From Botryllus schlosseri (Eukaryota): a stretch of DNA of 64,000 nt. Below the pieces are notes generated by a model that was not told the DNA's origin, made no database searches, and saw nothing but the letters and a program-made list of their open reading frames with translations. The translations under genes and the position numbers were made by a program. The stretch lies in assembly GCA_051294905.1 (NCBI GenBank), contig CM119371.1, forward strand, positions 11,782,001-11,846,000. Direction: 5' to 3'. How positions within the stretch are numbered: the stretch's first letter is position 1; every line of letters starts with the position of its first letter. Below are positions 37,202 through 51,046 of the stretch, one piece after another.

Positions 37202-39767
37202 TCAGTATTCGTGAATCCACGGATGGTTTATGATTTCATCGATTGTAAGCCGCGATTTTTCGTCTTTACATAACATTCCTGTTATAAGATCCATGTATGC
37301 ATCGGACATATCGTACCCACGACGATGGCGAAGGTCGCATCCCATAATGTCTTCCGGACTTTCGAACGGGTCCGTACCTTCCACGATGATGTACAACAAC
37401 ACTCCTAGGCCCCATAGATCGAGGCGAGGTCCATGGTAGGAATGTTCCGTATACCATTCTGGAGGGTAATACATCAGTGTCCCGGAGTAATGATGTTCCC
37501 GGGGTGTCTGAAATAGGGAATAACAATTGATTATTATACGATTCAATGTCAGAAGTGTCTATGGAAGTTAACAATTGAAGCCCGCGATAAAATACCAACG
37601 CTGGCGCGAGGTGTCTTCACGAAATATGGACATGATAACAAATTTATTCCTGGATTTTGAAACATCAAATTAGCTTTTGTTTGGCTTGATGATAAATCGT
37701 CGGCCACGTACGTGCAACCTCATACCGCATCCAAAATCAATCAGCTTTGGTGCAAAAGTGCGCGGATCCAGAAGTACATTTTCCGGCTTGATATCACGAT
37801 GGACTACCCCGGATTCGTGACAGTGTGAAACTGCTAGAGCGACCTGATGGAAGACGCTTCGCGCGGTATCCTCTGAGAATTCGCCGCAGTCGCGCTGCGA
37901 CTGCCGAATATCGACAGCGCGGTTCGGTCTTTCCATCACGAGCACGAATTCGTCTTTTTCATCAAACCATTCAATCATACCGATGATTCCTGCAAAATTA
38001 AATGATAAGAATGGATCTGTAAGCAGTTACTTCAAGGTATTACTAGGACCTCTTGGCATAATCGAGAACCTTTAGTCATTCGATTTGAGTCGCGAGTATT
38101 AAACAGAATAGTGTGACATTACCATGGAGTTGGTCAGTAAGCCGAACGAAGAACCGTTATTCTATCAAGTACTGAAGTAGGTTATTATTACTACAACTAA
38201 ACTCGAGCGGTACTTATTCACTTGTACTTCTACTTCACAGTTTTGAGTTTTTTTTCGGTTAAACTAGGCCGAGAAAACCTAGCTTTTCTCACTACTTGTA
38301 AATCGGTTCTTTTATTTCTATTTTAGTCATAAATTACTTCAACTTGAGTACCAACTACGCATGCACATGCATGATCACCTTCCTACAAGACGGCGATAAA
38401 GTTATTAGTAGCGCAATCTCGTTTATGTTGGTATCAAAAGATTCGGCACGAATCCAAGCGATAAAAATGTAGTAACGTACTTTCAATATACAGTCTAGAG
38501 ATCATCATAACTTATATATTGTACCATATCGATCTCAGCTCAAGCGGCAAGTCATGAGAATCCTGGCTAATCATCACATGGAACGTGATCAAATCCAAAT
38601 CCGTAAGATTTTCGTTATCTGCTTCCACTTGAAGTAGGTTTGACGTGTCTCGGAAATCGATTGGTCTATAATAGTAATCGAGTAAAATGTACAACCGTAC
38701 TTCTAGTAGAAGGGCTTCGCAGAGACACATTGAAATAAACCCGAGAATTTTCGGCTGACATTCGTCATAAGTTATCATCAGCATCTAGTAGAGAATTGGA
38801 AAGAACATGGTATATCAACAATCAACTTTTATTACTACACGAGTATGGCTACTCCTGTATACTCTGCTGAACAGCTAGGCTTACAATCAAGGATATCCTC
38901 GCTATCACACGTATAAGTGCAGCATATCGACCGTAATAAACATCAATAACTAACCTGGATGTTTCGACACAGACGCTTTGTGAAGAAGCTCGAATTCTAT
39001 CGGTACCATGCAGCCTGAAAATTGAACCCATTGAGGTACGTTGAACTTGGGTATAAATTTTAAGGCAACGGCCTTGCCGTCTGATTTCCGAGTCGCTGCA
39101 GAAATAAATGAGACGTTAGATTGATCAAATCATGTGAGATATTTCATTGTAAGATGTAAATTGTGAGATGCCGCAGTATTTATTGTGGGGATTCCTAGAC
39201 GTACGGAACTTTGAACAATTGAATAAAAATTTATATTGTGATATATATCAATAGATTCGGCTGGATATCGTCAGGGTAATCGTCAGTAAGTAGCTGACTC
39301 TGGCAAAAGTATTGAAAGGAAAATCTTATGCATAAAAATTTGAGTCATTGAGGCGAATATTTTAAATTATTTACGAAGTCAAATATTTCAAAATAACCGT
39401 ACGCCAACGCAAATGAATAATGCTCTGAAAGATAACCTAATTTCGTTGAATCGAATGTTGGAAAAGATAACTCACCAGCGTGGACCGTGCCGCCCCCACC
39501 CGACCCAATTTCTTCTCTCTCGTCGTAAAATGCCGTCCAAGGTGCGCGTTCCAACATGACATCAGGTGGTATGACGGCAGGATTCAGCTCTACATGCGGC
39601 GTACGTAGTAGGCGCCTGGTGCGACGTATCACCTTTTTCTCCCTCTTCCGAACTGCCGGCGAATTTTCGCTATTCGAATCCTCAGAACTGCTGCTCATGA
39701 TCAGCATTTTTCGGGGTCTGTTCACGTCGCGCGAATTACTGAGATCTGACGACAATTTCCTTTTCAT
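37202..39767 (-). CDS. PIM-family serine/threonine kinase, 4 exons (39767-39476, 39095-38955, 37989-37712, 37507-37202), 338 aa
   Basis: All three introns are GT-AG and phase-compatible (1,1,0); total 1017 nt. Motifs IGSGGGGTV, VALK, VPIE, PIM-type hinge MERP, HRDIKPEN, LIDFG, GTLMYYPPEW, DLWGLG, HPW. Confidence 0.92.
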
Positions 39768-42436
39768 GACGTATGTTTGTATAGTCAGTAAAACAATCTA
39801 ATGGCGATTATGTCTGCAAACCACAGAAATTTTGTTTCGATTAGCATATACGGCAAATTCCTAATATTTAATAATCAGCGGTGCAATTACCTTCATCCGC
39901 TCTAGACTAAAGCCAGTCTGACGATCGATTGGCTGATATAATCGAGTCCATATCACACCGTGAAAGAACTATCGGTATCGGCCATTTGCGCAAAGGAAAA
40001 AGATCGTCAATTTTTCTGACTCTCAGAATGGTAGTAAGCAGTCAAATAACTATAATATGTGACCGCTAGGCTAGGGATATTGATCAATTTCATATAGCTC
40101 ACGGGTGTACAGATGCACCTTTTCGTATTTATATCATGTCCGAGCATAGAAATGGCCGTAATGCTATTTAAATGGACGCTCTGGAGCTTTGGAAATTCAC
40201 TATAATCTAGACATATGCGTTTAATATCAGTTGATCACATCGAGGAAGGTGCTAGATAATGGTTTTATCAGAATCGGTTCAAATATCCTAAATCGGTCAG
40301 GCTCCATTCAAGACCCACAGTGCGATGTGACAAACAGATACGGGATAGGATGATGCCGAAACGACCATGTGCGAACTATAAATCCAACAACCTGCCCGTC
40401 TTCTATACCAATATTATTATATTAACGCCGAACATCAATATATTTAAGCCGGGACTCCAACCATATAGCAGTCGGTGCCACAATTCGAGCAGGAGCCTGC
40501 AGATTGCAAATTGTGATACATATTTCTAGTTGCTGAGGTATATAGTTTAGGAAGTCCTCAAATAACTGTGATTTGAAGTCTCAGCTCATCTTTTGAACCG
40601 CATTCGAAACCTAATGGTGACCAGATAAAGGACGTTTGGCCTATTAGATATCGACGTCAAACCTCCAAGTTCAGGGAGAGTTCGGCTCGGAAAAGTTGAT
40701 GCCAATAACGTTTGGCTTTGCGTGGCGCATGACACGCTGATGTGACGATATATATTCTCGATTTTACAACATCCTCATGTCGACAATCTAGTCTATCCTA
40801 TCCGACGTTGAACACGATTTGAAAATTGCAACCAGGTGGCGACTGGTTGGATAATGAAAATGATTAATACCATTCTCGTTTAAGTCTCAATCATAAAATC
40901 CCCACATGCGCGATGTTGACAGTAATTCGCGAAGTTTCAGGTTGTTGCCAATCGGAAGTTGAGCAGATTTTCAACCTCGATCTTATTCAATTGAATCACC
41001 ATTGCATCAATATCCGTATAATATTATTTCAATGATCAGATGTCCAACTATTCGGGCTATACGCGATTCGACTCCATGTTTTTGTCAGTGCGAGTCAACT
41101 TGGTAACAGCTTCACGAACCTCACGAACGCATATATGCACAATATTCAAGCGTATTTCATAATAATTCAACTCAGTTCATCGCTCCTCACTATGCGTAGT
41201 ATTCTCAGACTGCTCAGCACCAAAGTAACTGTGGGTTACTGCACACTCTACAGAAGAAATCTGATTTCTTCAGCGACAACTCCACTCGAATCCTTTAGTT
41301 TAATAAATTTCTTCAACATTATCAAACGTTAATTACAATGGGACACGGCAGTCCCTTTGTTTATCTGAGGATGGTATTTTAATCATCGCTCAACAAGCCC
41401 CATGCTGATTTATAGTAGACAGTTTGCGATATTGATACGGATTATTGCGGTACTGTTATCAAAGTATAAACATTACAGGACGTCTGCTCTGGTGTGTCTG
41501 TGAGTCTTATCAGATTTCGTTGATGTCTGAGCGCGGTCACTATTCAGAGGCGCATAAGACAGATACGACGGATTACTTTAAAATTTCATCTCCATTGTCT
41601 GATTCAGACATCAGACTCAATTCATTTCAATCCTTATCTCTCCTGTCTCGTTGCTGGCCAGGACAATGCATATGGTACCTCGCATCAGTAAGTCATAAGC
41701 TTGCCATTAAATTCAAAGGCGTTAAGTTGATATTATAAGTAGTTTCAAATAAATACCGAATTCGCTACTGGCCGAGTTGGACATCTAGAAAATTTCCAGC
41801 TATCCAAATTGGGATTAGAATTAAAATGATGTGAACTCAGTTTTTTTCTAGATTATATTAGAACTAGAATTGCTGAATTTATAATATCTTTAAAATTGAA
41901 TTCCATTCCGAATTACAAAGGAATACAAGAAAAAGTTCAGTTCATTCAAATCAGAGTTCATTGTCACAGGCACGAGAAAGGAAAATGCTTGTACAGCAAG
42001 CTTGGCTCAATTTGCAAGATTCAGTCGTATTTTCAGTAAAACCAGAAACTTGATTAGAATTAAAAATTGAACATAGAAACATTTTAAAAATTGTTGTAAA
42101 ATTAGATTATCGACGTTCCGTTCGAATTAGTTTAATTATACAACTACAATGATCTAGGTTTTCGAGTTTGGCTATTGGTATGACCTGTTGTTAATTGTTA
42201 TACGTGGGCACCGATTTAAGAGTGCCTCGCGCTATTTCTCTCATGGCTGCATGTCGTACCAAAAGCTTACAGGAAGGATTCGCTGTCACGAGGCACATCT
42301 TGTAAAATCTCACCTCCGGTCCTATGAATTTCGATCCCGTACCAGATAATATTGTCCTGGGTCCCACACTGTGAATATTTTACCACTAACAGCGCCCAAG
42401 TATACGTGAAACTTTTTCTGGAGATTTCAGCTTTTC

Positions 42437-42925
42437 AGGGGCACTGCGCTCTAAAAATGATGTGGTCTGAAATTGACGGGCAAAACGAAAGAAAAATTTT
42501 GGCCGCAGCCGTTCTCTTCAGAACGCCTCCGTAATGGAGCTGTAATATATTGAAATTTCCGGAGTTGCAGCACGCTCCAGCAGTCACGCAGAGATCAAAC
42601 TTTATATAGTGGTCAGCCGATGTTTTGAAGGAAATATGTCGTACACGCCAAGGTGGTTTAGATACCGCGTTCAACGGAAGATGTCCAGTCAGGAGATTTA
42701 TGTCAAAATCGGGCCTGGTGTATTCTGTTTCCTTCATAACATCGGCTGACAACTATATAAAGTTCGATCTCTGCGTGACTGCTGGAGCGTGCTGCAACTC
42801 TGAAAATTTCAATACATTACAGCTCCATTACGGTGGCGTTCTGAAGAAAACGGCTGCGGCCAAAATTTTTCTTTCGTTTTGCCCTTCAATTTGAGACCAC
42901 ATCATTTTTAGAGCGCAGTGCCCCT
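42437..42925. mobile_element. Foldback MITE with ~200-bp TIRs, Kolobok-like
   Basis: 42437-~42634 is a near-perfect reverse complement of ~42728-42925; aggggcactg termini; TTAA directly after the right end, degenerate on the left. Confidence 0.8.
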
Positions 42926-43802
42926 TTAATACCGTGGTGTACATGCGACGGTGCAGCTATGTGATTTCCTCATGGCCCCAAAACATGCATATTTGTAGCA
43001 TTCCATGAAACCAAACTTCATCCCGCTGACCAAAGCAGTTCGCCATTTATGTACACTGTACAGTGTACAGTGTACACGATACCTAGTGACGACTCAGGCC
43101 ACATTATGCCACAATGCCGAAGTATATATATGCTGAGTTTTTAAACATCACCAAATGTACAAAGTTGAACAATCAAATGCTATAATAATCCCGTAAATTC
43201 AATATTTTTTTTTCGCTTTTCCAACAATTTAGCCGACCACTACGCTAGCTCGCCACGCACAAACGTATTAAATGAAGATAGATCCGCTACGCCTGCTAGA
43301 TTTTTTACATTAGACAACAATGTACATGAATTTCATTAATTGGTTGAATATGCACAATCTGCTGACTACCTACAGTAGTATATTTCCTTCTCGATATTAT
43401 GTGATTGCGGGTCATGCTCACAGCAGAGAGTCACTAAATACTTACAAATGGAAAGCTGAATATTTCGAGCAAACTTGTGACAAAGTAAAAATTTTGAGAT
43501 TAGCAAGGTGCATGCAGTTTAAGGTTGATTTGTATGCTGCCAGCACCATGCATAGACTGGCCCGAAGTTGAAATACAAAGAATTACAACCAAAGATGTTA
43601 TAATGACGTGAAAATGGTAATATATGAAAAAGGCTCACAGTGCAGAACCTACCAAGGTTCCTTTGTTAACCTGAACCTCTGAATTTCTGAGATTCGCACA
43701 CAGAACGCGAACGTTAGGCTCACTTCACATCATTCCTTATACGTATAGCACTTCTGATCCGTTGTCAGGTTAAACTCCACTCACGACGCGATCGATTAGG
43801 AG

Positions 43803-45367
43803 CAGTGGTCCTCAACCTTTTTGATCTCGCGGCACCCTTTGAAAGTGAAAAATAGTTCGCGGCACACTAGCACAGTGGTTCGCAACATTTTTGACTTACG
43901 GCAGCTTTAAACTACCAGAATGCTCAGTGGAACCCACAGTAGTAATGATAAGGTGATCTCTGACGAAACAATTCAGCCTTTTCGGAGCACTGAAATAGAC
44001 TTTTCTCTGCTTCAAAAAAGAAATTAGGCCTACGGTATATTCTGTACCAGACATATCACAAATCAGTCTACGAATGCTATCATTAGACATGAGAATCGTT
44101 TTCAATTCTAATTAGCCACGGTCACAAGTACTGTTTTTGAGTTTAAGTGCAAGCCGGAAGAATAACTTCGCTTCGATGTGAAATATTGAATTTTTAGCAA
44201 TTACCTCTGCTACAACATAACTTACCTGCTGCAATCTCGGTGAAACCTCGGGCTGCGCTGAGAGAGGGTTTTCATCCGACTCGGATGAAGCGCAGTGGCA
44301 CGTACGGAGTCACAATGTACAATTGTACAAGTCGAAAAGGGAACGGGAAACGGCAGCTTTTGTCCCACGACTATATGTCAACCTACGTCTAACAGCAACG
44401 AAAATAATTTCGATTATGTAGTAACTGCAAGTTTATGCTGAAGTAACCAAATATTCCGACGGCGTCATGTCGTTTGTCGTCTGCCGTGAAAAATGGTGTT
44501 CATTAAACTCGGGCTGAAGTGTAGGTATCTGATGTAGATTTACGGTACTTGCGGCAGGTCGTGTTATTGTAACCACAATCACACAGAGGATGCGGGAGAA
44601 TTGATATAATGATATAATTTGATCTAATTTACATCTCAATTCTTAAATTCGTCGCATGTGATATAACGTTACGCTCCGAGCCTACGGCAGTGCCGGCTGA
44701 GAACCCCTAATCTACGCGCATCCCGAAGTTTCAACGAGATAGCAGTTCTGTTGAAGCAGAGGTAATAGCTAGAAATTCAAAAACTCACACGGAAACAGAG
44801 AATGTTGTTCTTCCGGCTTGCACTAGAACTGTAAAAAATGTTTGTGACCACAGCTGTGGAAGAGTTGAAAACGATTCCCATGTCGAATGATACCATTTGT
44901 AGACTTATTTGTGATATGTCCGCCGATATAGAAGATGCTGTAATTTCTTCTCTGGAGCAGAGCAAAGTCTACTTCAGTGCTCCGACAAGGTAGAAGTACT
45001 ACATCAGAAACCACCCGGTATTGTCTGTAATTCGAATTTGTGAACTTCCAAAGGAGTTCATTTCTCGCTGGTGATTAGGAAGACCATGAAGATTCGAAAA
45101 CTGCATTGCCACACAAGCGCCGCCATGTCCGCTCTTCTCTGCGATCAATAACAGTGTTGTGTAAACCTGACTTCAGCCATTAAAGCACGCGATGGCATGA
45201 CAGCAATTTTGATTTGTCATATGCAAACTCTTCACGTCGAGTCTGATTTAGAATATTGATTGTTTGCTACGGACTAGAATTATTTTGCACATAATTTCAA
45301 AATTTAGAAGAAATCTCTCGCGGCACACTTGCGAGAAGTGTCGCGTCACACCGGTTGAGAACTACTG
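43803..45367. mobile_element. Composite hAT element with two inverted transposase fragments
   Basis: cagtggtcctcaacc...ggttgagaactactg termini; flanks gattagga(g) / gattaggt; a second hAT end at 43873. Confidence 0.7.
44755..44985 (+). pseudogene. hAT Buster/Charlie-type transposase fragment (inverted copy at ~43980-44215)
   Basis: EVIARNSKTHTETENVVLPAC..AVEELKTIPMSNDTICRLICDMSADIED resembles the ZBED5/SCAND3-type KPHTIGExLILPA..IPLSNxTVxRRIxxMSxDI. Confidence 0.75.
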
Positions 45368-45808
45368 GATTAGGTGATTGTCAAACGTAACCGATGCACT
45401 TACATTGGCGATTCTATTTGTGACGGCAATTGTACGAAATCCATTTCCTGCATCATTACCTTCTACACCTGATCTGGTGGCGAACCGCCACGCAAATAAA
45501 ATATATAGTCACAGCAAAGGAGATGAAAAACAGATTCGAAGGGTGTATATCACATTTTGATACTGCAAGAGTGAATAGATCGGTTACGCAATTCGAAGCA
45601 AATGGATTACCTACAGGATCAATTACAATATTAGGCCATTTGATCTAACGATCGAACGTTCACGAGAGTATATAACAATAACCCCGCACGCCACGCCGTC
45701 CAATATTATCCATACCTAGCTCCGTGCCACATTTTACAGACAAATTACATAATATGGTTGTTATTGTTTGTGGTAGGCACCTACCTATTCATGGTGCTTC
45801 GACTATAC

Positions 45809-46108
45809 CAGTGGTTCCCAACCTTTTTCGACCCATCGCCCCCTTTTCAAGGTCAACACCGGTCATCGCCCCCCAAATTTTGTGTACCGAAAGTTGGGCA
45901 TACAAACTGTAATCACCGGCGGGTTGACTGAAAAAAAAAAGGTCGGCCGTTTTGACGCGTCATCGCCCCCTTCGCTATTTTCGCCCGCCATCGCCCCCTT
46001 AGTCCATTTTCGCCCCCCTGTCGCCCCTTCGTCATTTTCGCCCTCCTAGACCGCCAAATCGCCCCCTGGGGGGGGGGGGGGCGATATCACCCACGTTGGG
46101 AACCACTG
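45809..46108. mobile_element. hAT MITE with ATCGCCCC repeats
   Basis: Perfect cagtggttcccaac TIR; TSD gactatac. Confidence 0.93.
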
Positions 46109-46359
46109 GACTATACTATGGTCATTTACAGCATGCCGACGTTTCTCATGATTTGCCAACTTACCGCACGACACACCTTCGTTCTGGCACCACATAACTT
46201 GGCTAGGATAAATTTTTACCACCTGAGTAGATATTCTGTGGTCGACCTCTTTCGGACTCTAGTTCGCAACCTATTGGCGTATGCAACTGTTGGGAATGAG
46301 ACAATAATTAAACCAGTGCGTTATCTATATATTCATTCAATCGCGTAATTGCTATAGTC

Positions 46360-47541
46360 CAGAGGTTCTCAAAGGGTGAGCCACAAAGCTATTTAGAAAA
46401 TTTTAGAATTAATGGAAGTCTAGTTATATTTGTACTGTTAATCGCTAAAAATATATTCATATTATCTAATTATACGTAAGCTACGTAAAGCTTTTCATCC
46501 GACTCCGATGAGACGCAGTGGCACGCATGGAGTCAGCATGCACAAGCCGAAAACGGGAGGGAGAAACAACGGCTTTTTCCACTGGCTATGACAACCCACA
46601 GCCAACAGAAACCAAAACAATTCCGTGTATATAACAACTGAAGTAACCAAGTCATCCGGCGGGGTCATATGCAGTATGCCGTTGGCAGGGGTGTGTAATA
46701 AACTCGGAATGAAGTGTAATTGATGCATAGATTTACTGTACTTAGGCAAGTCATGTCATTGCAAGACAAAAACAGCCACAATTGCAAATTAATATCAACT
46801 TATGGCGGATGTACACTGCACCACCGCAAGGGATCGCAATTGATGGAGGAGCTAGCGGAGCGAATTAATCTTTGTAGTCGGTTTAAAATGTCCGCCCTGG
46901 GAATCGTTGTACATAATGTAAGAGTCACATGAATTGATTGTATCATTGGATTGAATATCCTGACATCGCAACTTTAGTTGGTTTGGTACAAGACATACAA
47001 TAGTGCGCATCGTACAGCATGCATATTACTTCTCTGTAGTACCCCATTCACCAATGAATTGTTTGAAGCTGACCCAGAATGATTATATTATTCCCCACAA
47101 AAGTGGAACTAAAATCCTAATCACACAGTGGATGCGTGGATTTGGTCATTGTGTTTCGCGTTGCGAATAAAGCAGCGGATGATGAAAATATACACAGGAG
47201 GTTCAGCCTATGGTCTACCAGGGCCGTGACTGCTGCTCCAAAACCCCCAATTGCGGGAACTCGAAGGGGCCCAAGATTATTTTGTTGGTCGTTTGTTAAA
47301 GAATATTTATTCGACTTGAAAATTTTCGTCGCGCTTGGTGCGATTTCATGGGCCGAAAGGTCTACATTTAAATATCATCAGTAAATTAAAAGAAAAATGC
47401 GCATATTTAAGAGAAATAGGCACATCGGCGCCGTCGATTATCACGCATTGAACAGGATTAGGACTCTAGACAAGAGGTGGGCCACAGCACATTTTCAAAC
47501 CGGAAAATGGGCCACGGCCAAGAAATGGCCGAGAGCCCCTG
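46360..47541. mobile_element. hAT non-autonomous element
   Basis: cagaggttctc...gagagcccctg termini; TSD ctatagtc; ~46490-46790 is homologous to ~44268-44600. Confidence 0.82.
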
Positions 47542-47823
47542 CTATAGTCACTATATCGGTGGTTCTTAAACGGGGCTCCAGGGAACACCAGTAGTTTTCT
47601 AAATTCACCTGTCTTAGGGATTCCCTGGAGTTCAACACACACACCAACTCATAGCTGCGATTCGTGATGATACACCCGTCTCGGCCATCGTCGGTTTCAG
47701 GCGATTAGTGTATTTCATTGGAACGTGACTTCTGTGATGGCACGTCGCGTGCAGTGGCGTACGCGGGGAGATTGGGGCTCGAAGTCCATTCTTCCAAAAT
47801 GCCGCGAGAACGCGTGTTTAGCA

Positions 47824-48277
47824 TAGGCTTACCATACGTTCTCTTTTAAGAGGATTTGTCCTCTTTTTTGGCTTTTTTGAAAGTGTCCTCGGAGGACGCC
47901 CTTTTGTCCTCTTTTTTGAGATTTTGTCCTCTTTTTGAAAATTTAGGCAGATTTAGAGCAAATTGCGAGTGATATGCCGCATATTAGCACAGAAGTGAAG
48001 CTCCGGCGGGTTTTTCGGAGTTAAAAACGACGAATTTAGCTCTGAGCGAAAAGATGACCTTTTTTTTTGTTTTGTTTTTTAGTCATCCACCTGGCAACGT
48101 GGAGTAAAAAACGTTATTTTGAGCTCTGAGCAGAAGTGATGACCTTTTTTTTTTTTAGTCAACCGATCACAAAGTGGGAAAAATTAACCGGATTTTGAGA
48201 ATTTTACTACGGTTTTGCAAGTTGAAAATTTCTGAAAAAGTGTCCTCTTTTTTGATTTCCAAAATACGGTAAGCCTA
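47824..48277. mobile_element. hAT (Blackjack-like) MITE, copy 1
   Basis: taggcttacc...ggtaagccta termini; TSD gtttagca; tgtcctcttt repeats. Confidence 0.93.
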
Positions 48278-49169
48278 GTTTAGCATCTTTGGCAAGTGGA
48301 ATGGAAGATTCTTCGTGACTCACCTAAAATAGCTTCGCGATCCAGTGATTGGCTGCGAGCGACCGGTTGGGAAGCACTGTACTATACATCGTCAGTTTGC
48401 GAATTCGATAGGCAGTGCTTTTCAACCTTTTGGAGTTCCATTCGAACTTTTTTTTGTAAAATATATTTCATTCGCTCAGACTAATCGAAAATTGTTAGAT
48501 GAAGATACTTTTGGTTCAGATGTGCAACAAATTGGCTATGCTATGTAGCTTAAGCTATCACGTGTCTCATTAAAAAAGGCAAATATTTCGTTCGTTTTGA
48601 TTTCAACTATTTCACTATAACCCTTCTCGGTCAAACAATATTGCCGGGATTTGTACGAGAACGCTTACTAGTGCTTGGATGGCCAGGTCTTAAAATCTGT
48701 TCTGCGCTTCCATCCAAAATACTGCGCCTTTTTCGCGAGTGAAAAATGCTTGCTGGCGGAAATCGTTTTTGAGAACTGACACAAAGGTCCCGGAGGCTCC
48801 AGTTTGTCGACAGGGTGAAAAACTTACATGTTTGTATTGATGCTTTTGCCTTATGTCATGGAACATACGGTGCAAAACGATCAAGGAGAGTATAGGCACA
48901 TTCGAGCTCGCTACTTTGTGATACGTTCCTCCCACATTTGTCTAGAGAGTAGGCCTACATGAGAAGAGCAAATAAATTCACGAGACTGTGTGTTCTGCTC
49001 TTTACCTCAATCTAACTTAAGAATTCATAACAGTTTAATAGGCCTAACGGTAAAGCAGCTTTTAGACTACCACCAAAATCTGAGTTTTCGTGGCATCTCG
49101 CGACCACAGCCTCAAACATGAAAATGAATTCACTTTTAATATTGCATATCTTTGGTTCAAATTTATTTC

Positions 49170-49850
49170 ATTTCAACTGCGGGCCACTCTATGCATGGCA
49201 CTGACAGCATTAGAAATCAACACTAAACGACCACTTTGGCAATCTCAAAAGTTTTACTTGCTTTGTTACAAAAGTTTGCTCGAAATAACCAGCTTTCCGT
49301 TTGTGAATATTTAGTGACCCTCTGCTGTGAGCTAGACCCGCAATCACACAACATCACGAGCGACATACGTATAGTCAGCAGCGAATGATGCTTATTCAAC
49401 CAATCAATGAGATTGATATCATTTCCTGATGTAAAAATGTAGCAGGCGCACGGGGTCAATTTTGACTTCATATCTTTACTGCATCATTAATACCAAATCC
49501 GTGCGATTGAGGTGTTGGCTACGGCTGTAGAATTTGTCGATGGGGTAATATCGGTAGCAAGTATAGGATCCCATTTTACACTCTGCTCAATATCAATGTA
49601 GCAATACTCAGACGCCGAATAGGCCTACATTGTCCGGTCTGGCCTAGACCGTTAAGGCGAAGGCTTTTATTCCCTGGTAAGTCTTCGTCGAAATTGCTGG
49701 CAAAGCGACGGGAGATATTGATTTTATGGGAGTATTATATCCTTTGATTGCCTTAGTTAATACATTTAGCTACGTTTAAAACGCCAATATGTACTTCAGC
49801 ATTGTGGCATTATGTGGCCCGAGCCATCGCTAGGTATCGCGTACAATAAT
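49170..49850 (-). repeat. Dispersed repeat, inverted copy of ~43075-43600
   Basis: gtgattgcgggtc..gctcacagcagag.gtcactaaata and ggccaca.tatgccacaatgc.gaagta occur in opposite orientation in the two regions. Confidence 0.75.
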
Positions 49851-50682
49851 ATAGGCTATCACTTCATTGAAAGACAGGGTTGTAATTAGCAATATGACGT
49901 CACGTGACGTCATGAAGTTCACGTTCGCGTTCACACAGAACCTCCTAAAAAGGTTCGCGTTCACACGAACCTGAACCTTTCAGAGGTTCACACCATCCCT
50001 ACTTGCTTCCTATTTGTTTACTCCATGCCCACCTCTTCTTTAAGCAATATGTAAAAAAAATATCCAAATTCACTTTATATTGGGTGTACAAATGTTCGTG
50101 ATTCACGAACAATAGAAAATGCCAATCATTATCGGAGATCTCCGCAATTTTCATTTACTCATCCTGACGACGGATGAGGTCCTGCTTCACTTACATCCCC
50201 CAAACGCGCATCACTGGAGCATTCAACGATACGAGTGTGTGCCAAAGAATATACCACGCAGCTGTCGAAACGCACTGTCAGATTATGACCTTAGCAGTAC
50301 AGAGACGTTTCTTCGATTTAGTTTTAAAGTGTCAATATTCCTGTAGAATTAATATACTGAAAATTGTCGTGCCTATAGTATTGTCGAGACGAGTAAATCC
50401 GCGGGAATATCGAATGATGCTGTTCACCGATCTTGATCTGTTTCCTCTATGGCCGCATAATATATCACGAAACGTGACAGCTGTTTCGAAGCCATGCAAT
50501 AGGTTCCAATAGGCGCAGAGTATCAAATAATTTCGTAAGATCGACCAGATCGCAGATCGCCAAAATATGACGTTCCTTCGTGTGTGTAAAAGGAACATGG
50601 TATTATTTCGCGCAGATACACGATTTCTAACTTACATCTTCAATGATATTTTCCAAATTGCCGCCACAATTCCCAATTTGGA

Positions 50683-51046
50683 TTTTTGAATATGTTTGAA
50701 TAACTTTATTGTGCTGATAACTCTTGATAAGAAGCACCCAGAAAAAGTCTTTGAGTTATCATAAAGGTGTTATTGCATGTGATGTTGTGATGAAAGCACC
50801 TTAATTGAATATGCTCCTCTGGATCAGACGATTGATACCTTAGACTAAATGGCTAATAATTTCGTTTTATTTTTGAATATGTTTGAATCCCTTAATGGTG
50901 CCGATTACTATTGAGAAGAAGCACCAAAGAGTCTTTGAGTTATCATAAATGTGTTATTGCAATTGATGTTGTGATGAAATCATCTTAATTGAATTTGTGT
51001 CGCTGGATGAGACCATTGATATACCTTCGCTTAATTGGCCAATAAT
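50683..51046. repeat. Diverged ~187-bp tandem duplication upstream of the Fox gene
   Basis: tttttgaatatgtttgaat..agaagcacc..agtctttgagttatcataaa..tgatgttgtgatgaaa occurs twice. Confidence 0.88.

Noticed and set aside
39345..39475. C-terminal part of the 140-aa ORF as coding
   Set aside because: Lies beyond the GTGAG donor at 39475; kinase similarity resumes in the exon at 39095.
42435..42894. Two similar ORFs on opposite strands as duplicated genes
   Set aside because: Artefact of the inverted repeat arms.
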